Assembly: GCA_951406725.2 (NCBI GenBank)
Contig: OX597817.1
Location: 20,956,001-21,020,000 of the forward strand
From: Octopus vulgaris
Lineage: Eukaryota
Length of the DNA: 64,000 bases
Direction of reading: 5' to 3'
A model generated the notes under the pieces. That model was not told where the DNA came from. It saw only the letters and a program-made list of their open reading frames with translations, and did no database searches. Shown here piece by piece: positions 57,771 to 64,000 of this stretch. The number at the start of each line of letters is the position of its first letter. The first letter of the stretch is position 1. The translations under genes and the position numbers were made by a program.

Positions 57771-59125
57771 TTGTAAAGTTTTAACATACAAATATATGCA
57801 TATATATAAATATATATACGGGTGGGTTTGCAATTAAGCTTATATCTCGCTGTTTGAGAATAGATTCTGATAGGTTCAAGTTCAATCATTCGATGAAATG
57901 AACCAAATTGAATAGTTCCCAGGTCCCAAATATGTCTCAATCAGGTTATTGCAGTGTAAAATAATATACATCTTTGTGCAAGTAATATGTATAGAGATTC
58001 ACAAAACGGAAAGTGTGAAAAACTTTTTGGCATTTTGTCATATCGGGCGTTATCACTTTGTTTTATCTAGTTTTGTCTCACTAGAGTCGTTGCTTACTCC
58101 TTTGCATGACACATTACATATCCCTTCTCTCCCAAACTATATACCAAAGTTCAAATCAGACCTTATTAAAATACTCTACCACGTCAGATTACTTTTTTTT
58201 TATACTCCATTTCGTAATGATTTTTTCCCATCGTATAATTTACTCTTTGAAAAACATTACTAAAATTTCATTCTGGAAATTCTCATTATCATATAATTAT
58301 TTCATAAAGAGCAAATAAACGTTATAATTAGATATACTAAAAAAAAAAAAACTAAAAGTGATATTTAACTAATCTTTTCTTTAAAGAAATCTGTATAACA
58401 TTTTAGTTATGAGATACGATTATCAATAAATGTTTCGAACGTGTCGAACTAGAATTTTCATCACTTAATCAATTATCTTTCGTCCTTACATTGAAATACA
58501 TTCATCGAGAAAAAAAACAATTTCTCAATGGTTTACTATTTTTATTGTTTACGTTTACTATAACACTTTTTCAAATTGGAGTCGGAAACAAATAGACTCA
58601 TGAAACGTACAGTTATGCACGAGAAAGCGAGCGTAATTTTTTTTTCCGGTTTTATCATGAATTAATTCTTCTCCATTTTTTGCATAATATATTCTCTCCT
58701 CTAGTTTCAGAGATTTTATTTGCATATATATTGTTTGATAGTGTGTTTGAGTTTTACATCTTTTTTCTATAAAATCTACAATTGATATTTGTGCAAACTA
58801 ATGAAATTTGAAATCACTACAAATATCACTTCTAAAAGATCGTGTTTAAAATTCTTAATCGCAATATTTGCGGTATTTTATTAGAAACACATACAAACAG
58901 ATACGCAAAATTATGTATATATATATATATATATACATACATACATACATACATACATACATGCGTGCTTGTGAATGTGTGCGTATATGAAGATATGCGT
59001 GAGTGTATATATAAACACCCACGTATATATACACATATATTACTAATATATATATATATATATATATTACTAATATACACATGTATATATATATATATAC
59101 ATTTATATATATATACATAAACATT

Positions 59126-59192
<67 letters not shown>

Positions 59193-59613
59193 GTATATAT
59201 TGCTTAGACATTATGAATGCATATATGCATCTCTCTCTCTCTCTTTTAGTCTACATATATAAACAAACATAAGTATATGTAAATATGCATGCACATAAGT
59301 GTGTGTGAGTGTATAAGTGTATGAATGTGCATATGTAATCTAATTATATCTTTTATGGCTGAAATTACATTCCATTCATTTCTCCTTTGCAAGCTTCGGA
59401 CATATTTTGAAATTTAGTGTGTGCTTTTTTGAAATCTCTTATATTGATAATACCACTCGGATAAATACAGTGTTTACGAAATATGCATTCACAGCATAAT
59501 GTTTATATATACTCGTCAGATGGCAATATAATTACATAAACATTAAACATTAGGCAAAAGTTTCTGCTCCGAATTGAAGTAAGTCATTACATACAAAATA
59601 TTATCATGAAATA

Positions 59614-60010
59614 GGCGCAGGCGTGGCAGTGTACACTGGAGCTTGCTTCACAACCAACTGGTTCCGTGTTCGTGCTACCTTGGGAAAGTATCCTCTACTT
59701 AGCTTCGGACCGATAAAACCCTTGTGAGTGTACAAAAACTGCAAGAAGCCCACGTTATATATATATGTGTGTGTGTGTATTTGTGTGTGTGTGCATGAGT
59801 ACGTGTGCGTATTTATGTGAATGCTTCTGTGTCTCTGTATTTATGTCTCAGTAACAAAAGAGACGTGGTTCGTCAAAAGAGACGGATAGAATGAGTACTA
59901 GACTTAAGAATAAGTCCTGGGCACGATTTCTTCGTCTAAAACACTTTAAGGCGGTGGTCCAGCACGGCTGCAGGCGAATAACTGAAAATAATAAAAGAAT
60001 AAAAGAATAA
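59614..60010 (+). mobile_element. CORE-type SINE, older diverged copy
   Basis: Same consensus as the other CORE-type copies. Confidence 0.85.
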
Positions 60011-60604
60011 GCGAAAAATACACAACATCTCCGTAAAAAAATCTATTATAATGCTAATTGCATTCTCATTAATATATACTTCACATTGAATATTTTGTAA
60101 ATTTTCTAAAGCCATTCATATTGGAATATTTGTAAAGCTACGTATTAAAATATTACCATCGAATATATTATATTAATTTTGAAGTGTTTAATTGTAATTC
60201 GAAACAAATGACGATAATACTTTTGGAAACATGTTATTGTTTAATTGTAACGAAAATTTAAAATAATAAAACGAATCACGTTCTGTGGACTGGTCGTTCG
60301 TTTCTTATCCATATGAACTCTGCTTCATTTTACGTAGAATCTATTAGCATGATTGTCAATTAAAATTACACACTCCAAGTTACAATCTAATGACCTTGAA
60401 AGTCATAATTCAGAATCGAAATATGATTCAGATTTTTTTTCTGCAAAAAAAGAGAAGAGGGATAAAAGAGGGTGTGCTTCATCAGTTACAATAAATTAAT
60501 ACATATCAAGGGATCTTCTGAAATAGATAATGATTTTGGGTGTCGGAGTTTTAAGTGAATAAAAATAGAATTGTCACGACCGCCATTAATATACTATAAC
60601 ATAA

Positions 60605-60770
60605 AAGGGGTAAAATACTTAACGGTGAAATACTTAACGGCTCCACCTTCTAAGTTGAAATTCCGTCGAGGTCTACATTGTTTTGATCCATTCGGAGTCG
60701 AAAACAAAGAACCAGTTGTATATTGGGGTCAATTTAATCGACTTACTCCTATCCTGAAATTGTTGGTACC
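60605..60770 (+). mobile_element. Degraded Meta-type SINE
   Basis: ttccgtcgaggtc..gatccattcggagtcga..accagttg..tggggtcaatttaatcgactta matches the 8025 SINE. Confidence 0.65.
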
Positions 60771-62297
60771 ATTATTACTGATACGTGAATGGAAACCGTT
60801 ACTACTGTCACATAGATTGAAACTGGATTACAAAACAAATGGCAGTCTGAATGGACTGATTGTTTTCCTCAAGGCATTGTTATTACATGTTCAATTACAT
60901 ATTTCGGATACGATAATCTGCCTATGTGTCGGATTTATGAAATTATGTAGCCTGATTATATAGATAAAGAAAAATTCATACCGTTTAGCGATATAAGTGA
61001 AAGTTGTAATGAATTATGGATGTTTAGCTTGATGTTCTGAGACAACTTTGGGGTGATTTGAAAGTCTCTCCATTTACTCGAGTGATTCTTTTGGTTTTCT
61101 TTCATTAGAGATTTTAATGGGTGTTACATTGAAGGAATTTTATAAAGATTAGAACAATATTATGATAACATTTTTTGTTCTATAAAATCAATATTGATTT
61201 AAAACCACTGAATTGTTTTGCAAATCACTCCACGTATTAATGAGGGAGATTAGAGAGTGTCAGAAGATGATTGCCCTCAAGTAGCCTTAATATAAGTAAA
61301 GTTAGAATACTTAGACATTTAGATCTACATTTCCTTAATATAGATAATTTTGATCAAATTCGTAGATCGCGTACTTTAATCAAAATAAATTATCAAGAGT
61401 TTAAGATTTGTAAGATAAAATTGCAAAATAATATTTCCTGCTAGAAGATACGGATTTTAGAGTCAGAAAATATCATCCGTTTAACTAAACGTTTCCCAAC
61501 ATGTTCTAACCTAAAGTTTAAGCCTATACTAAAAGCAGTTCTCCACAACAACTGTATCATTTCCAACAATCACTCCGTAAAATTCATTTGTGCAATTGTT
61601 TTCTGAAAAAAAGGATCATCCTTAGGATTTTTTCAAGGAAATCTTCACAAACGTAAACCCGAAATTTGCCCAGAAAATCATTGTATACTGTCTATTGACA
61701 AGAATCAGAAGAAATAAATAAATGACACGTCTCTTTCTACGTTTAAACTGGAATAATAAAAAAATGTTATAATAAAATTTAATAAAATTTAATACATTTT
61801 GCCAAATTTAAAAATATCAGCAGGTAATTCAATCTTTGCATTTATGACTATGTAATATTTTTTCGAAATATCTGTAACGGATTTAAGAATTTAAGAGCAC
61901 CAATTATTGAGAGTACTAAAATATTTCAAAGTAAATTTGTCAATAGTAATTATATCTTTTTCCAAGTTCAATCCGAAGAATGTTATACAAATTTTTACTT
62001 GACTCTATTGAGCATAAGTTGATAATTTTAACTAATTATATGTTTTTAATATTTTGCCTATTTTTTAATCACTATATTAGATTATATATTCGCTTATATG
62101 TTGCCTTGATTTTCTTTATATACTTCTCTCTCCTTCTCGATTTACATACAGTAGTATCCCAATATGTATATATATACTATTTGGAGTAATAGTTCCACAG
62201 AAGAACAAGATAATACAACAAAAATGCAAAAACTACGATTCTTATGTAAAATTTATATTCAGTTTTCATTTCATTCTCACGTCCTAAACTATATCTA

Positions 62298-62366
<69 letters not shown>

Positions 62367-62411
62367 CTTTCTCTCTCTCTATGTATGTATATATGTATAG
62401 ATGTATATATA

Positions 62412-62845
62412 TAAATCCTTAAAATCCATAAAATGTTTCAGCCCGAAGGCTGCGACCATGCTGGGACACCACAGTTGAATGAACTACACTAGTATTTGAA
62501 ACCACCTCTGATACGTAGCACCTGATCAACAAGGGAGTTCGATGCCGCTGCCCGCATCTGTGTTTCCTGCCGAGAGGTAGGTTCAACTGGGACCCTGACA
62601 AGAAGATATCCGGTTTAGTTTTAAGTAACCCACACCCACACCATGCAGGTCTCTTAGGCATTTAGGAAGGATATTGAAGAGATGTGGTTCCCTGAAACCC
62701 AAGCTGTTGCGGTATCTGGTCCTGCATTTTGATGGTATTGTTGGAATATTTGACAACATGCAGTGGCGCCCCTTTCTGCTGTTGGGGTAACTTTGAATGC
62801 CAAAGTTTGGGACAAGACCTTGCAGGATTTTCCCGATGTATATCA

Positions 62846-62850
<5 letters not shown>
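62412..62850 (-). mobile_element. CR1/L2-group LINE 3' end with stem-loop tail and short tandem-repeat terminus
   Basis: [46 protein letters not shown]; tail CCAGCATGGTCGCAGCCTTCGGGCTGAAAC(ATTTTA.GG)n. Confidence 0.8.
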
Positions 62851-62928
<78 letters not shown>

Positions 62929-63065
62929 CATATATATATAGAAAGAGATATAGATATAGTTTGGACGTGAGAATGAAATGAAAACTCATTATAAATCTTA
63001 CATAAGAATCGTATATTTTGCATTTTTGTTGTATTATCTTGTTCTTCTGAGGAACCATTACTCCA

Positions 63066-63655
<590 letters not shown>

Positions 63656-64000
63656 TAGATATATATATACATATTGGGATATTGGGATACTAACGTATGT
63701 AAAGCAAGAAGGAGAGAGAAGTATATAAAGAAAATAAAGGCAACATGTAAGCGAATATATAATTTAATATAGTGGATTAAAAAACGTATATATATATATA
63801 TATGCATATATATATATATACGTTTCTGCGTTTGTACCTGTATAATTTGTTTGATTGGACGTAAAATTACTTTTATAAAGGCACACTTTCGATTTAACTT
63901 ACATTGTCAACATTACACATTTTCTTGATTTTTCGTTCTTTAAATGTTTTTTCAGAGGTAAATTCTCATTAAAATTACAATGTCCGCATGTACACACACA

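Noticed and set aside
61280-61700. Possible highly degraded PLE RT/thumb fragment
   Set aside because: Only scattered short motif resemblances; not supportable by eye.

Overview
AT-rich, microsatellite-saturated metazoan non-coding DNA. The tRNA-derived SINE families suggest an octopod cephalopod, though this is inferred. No intact host gene is evident, and nearly all ORFs in the track are artefacts of (TA)n/(CA)n/(TTA)n repeats. The window holds: (TAA)n-inserted R4/Dong LINEs and a (TAA)n-tailed non-coding retroposon; (GATA)n-inserted Tx1/L1-type 3' ends; a Neptune-type Penelope element (RT + GIY-YIG) apparently carrying a ~2.3-kb CA-rich tail ending in a hammerhead ribozyme; a second Penelope RT relic; CR1/L2 3' ends; 8 CORE-type SINEs; Meta-type SINEs; non-autonomous Helitrons; Tc1/mariner relics; a decayed intronless INCENP retrocopy; and one candidate host exon. 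The most striking signal is about 11 recognisable plus 3 degenerate type-I hammerhead ribozyme motifs from at least 7 unrelated short, mostly (TA)n-embedded non-coding elements. Most families have their own palindromic stem III, and several show terminal redundancy, circular permutation or fold-back inversions. This points to a diverse Penelope-mobilised retrozyme/pLTR-like system targeting (TA)n. All structures were read by eye; no folding or database search was run.
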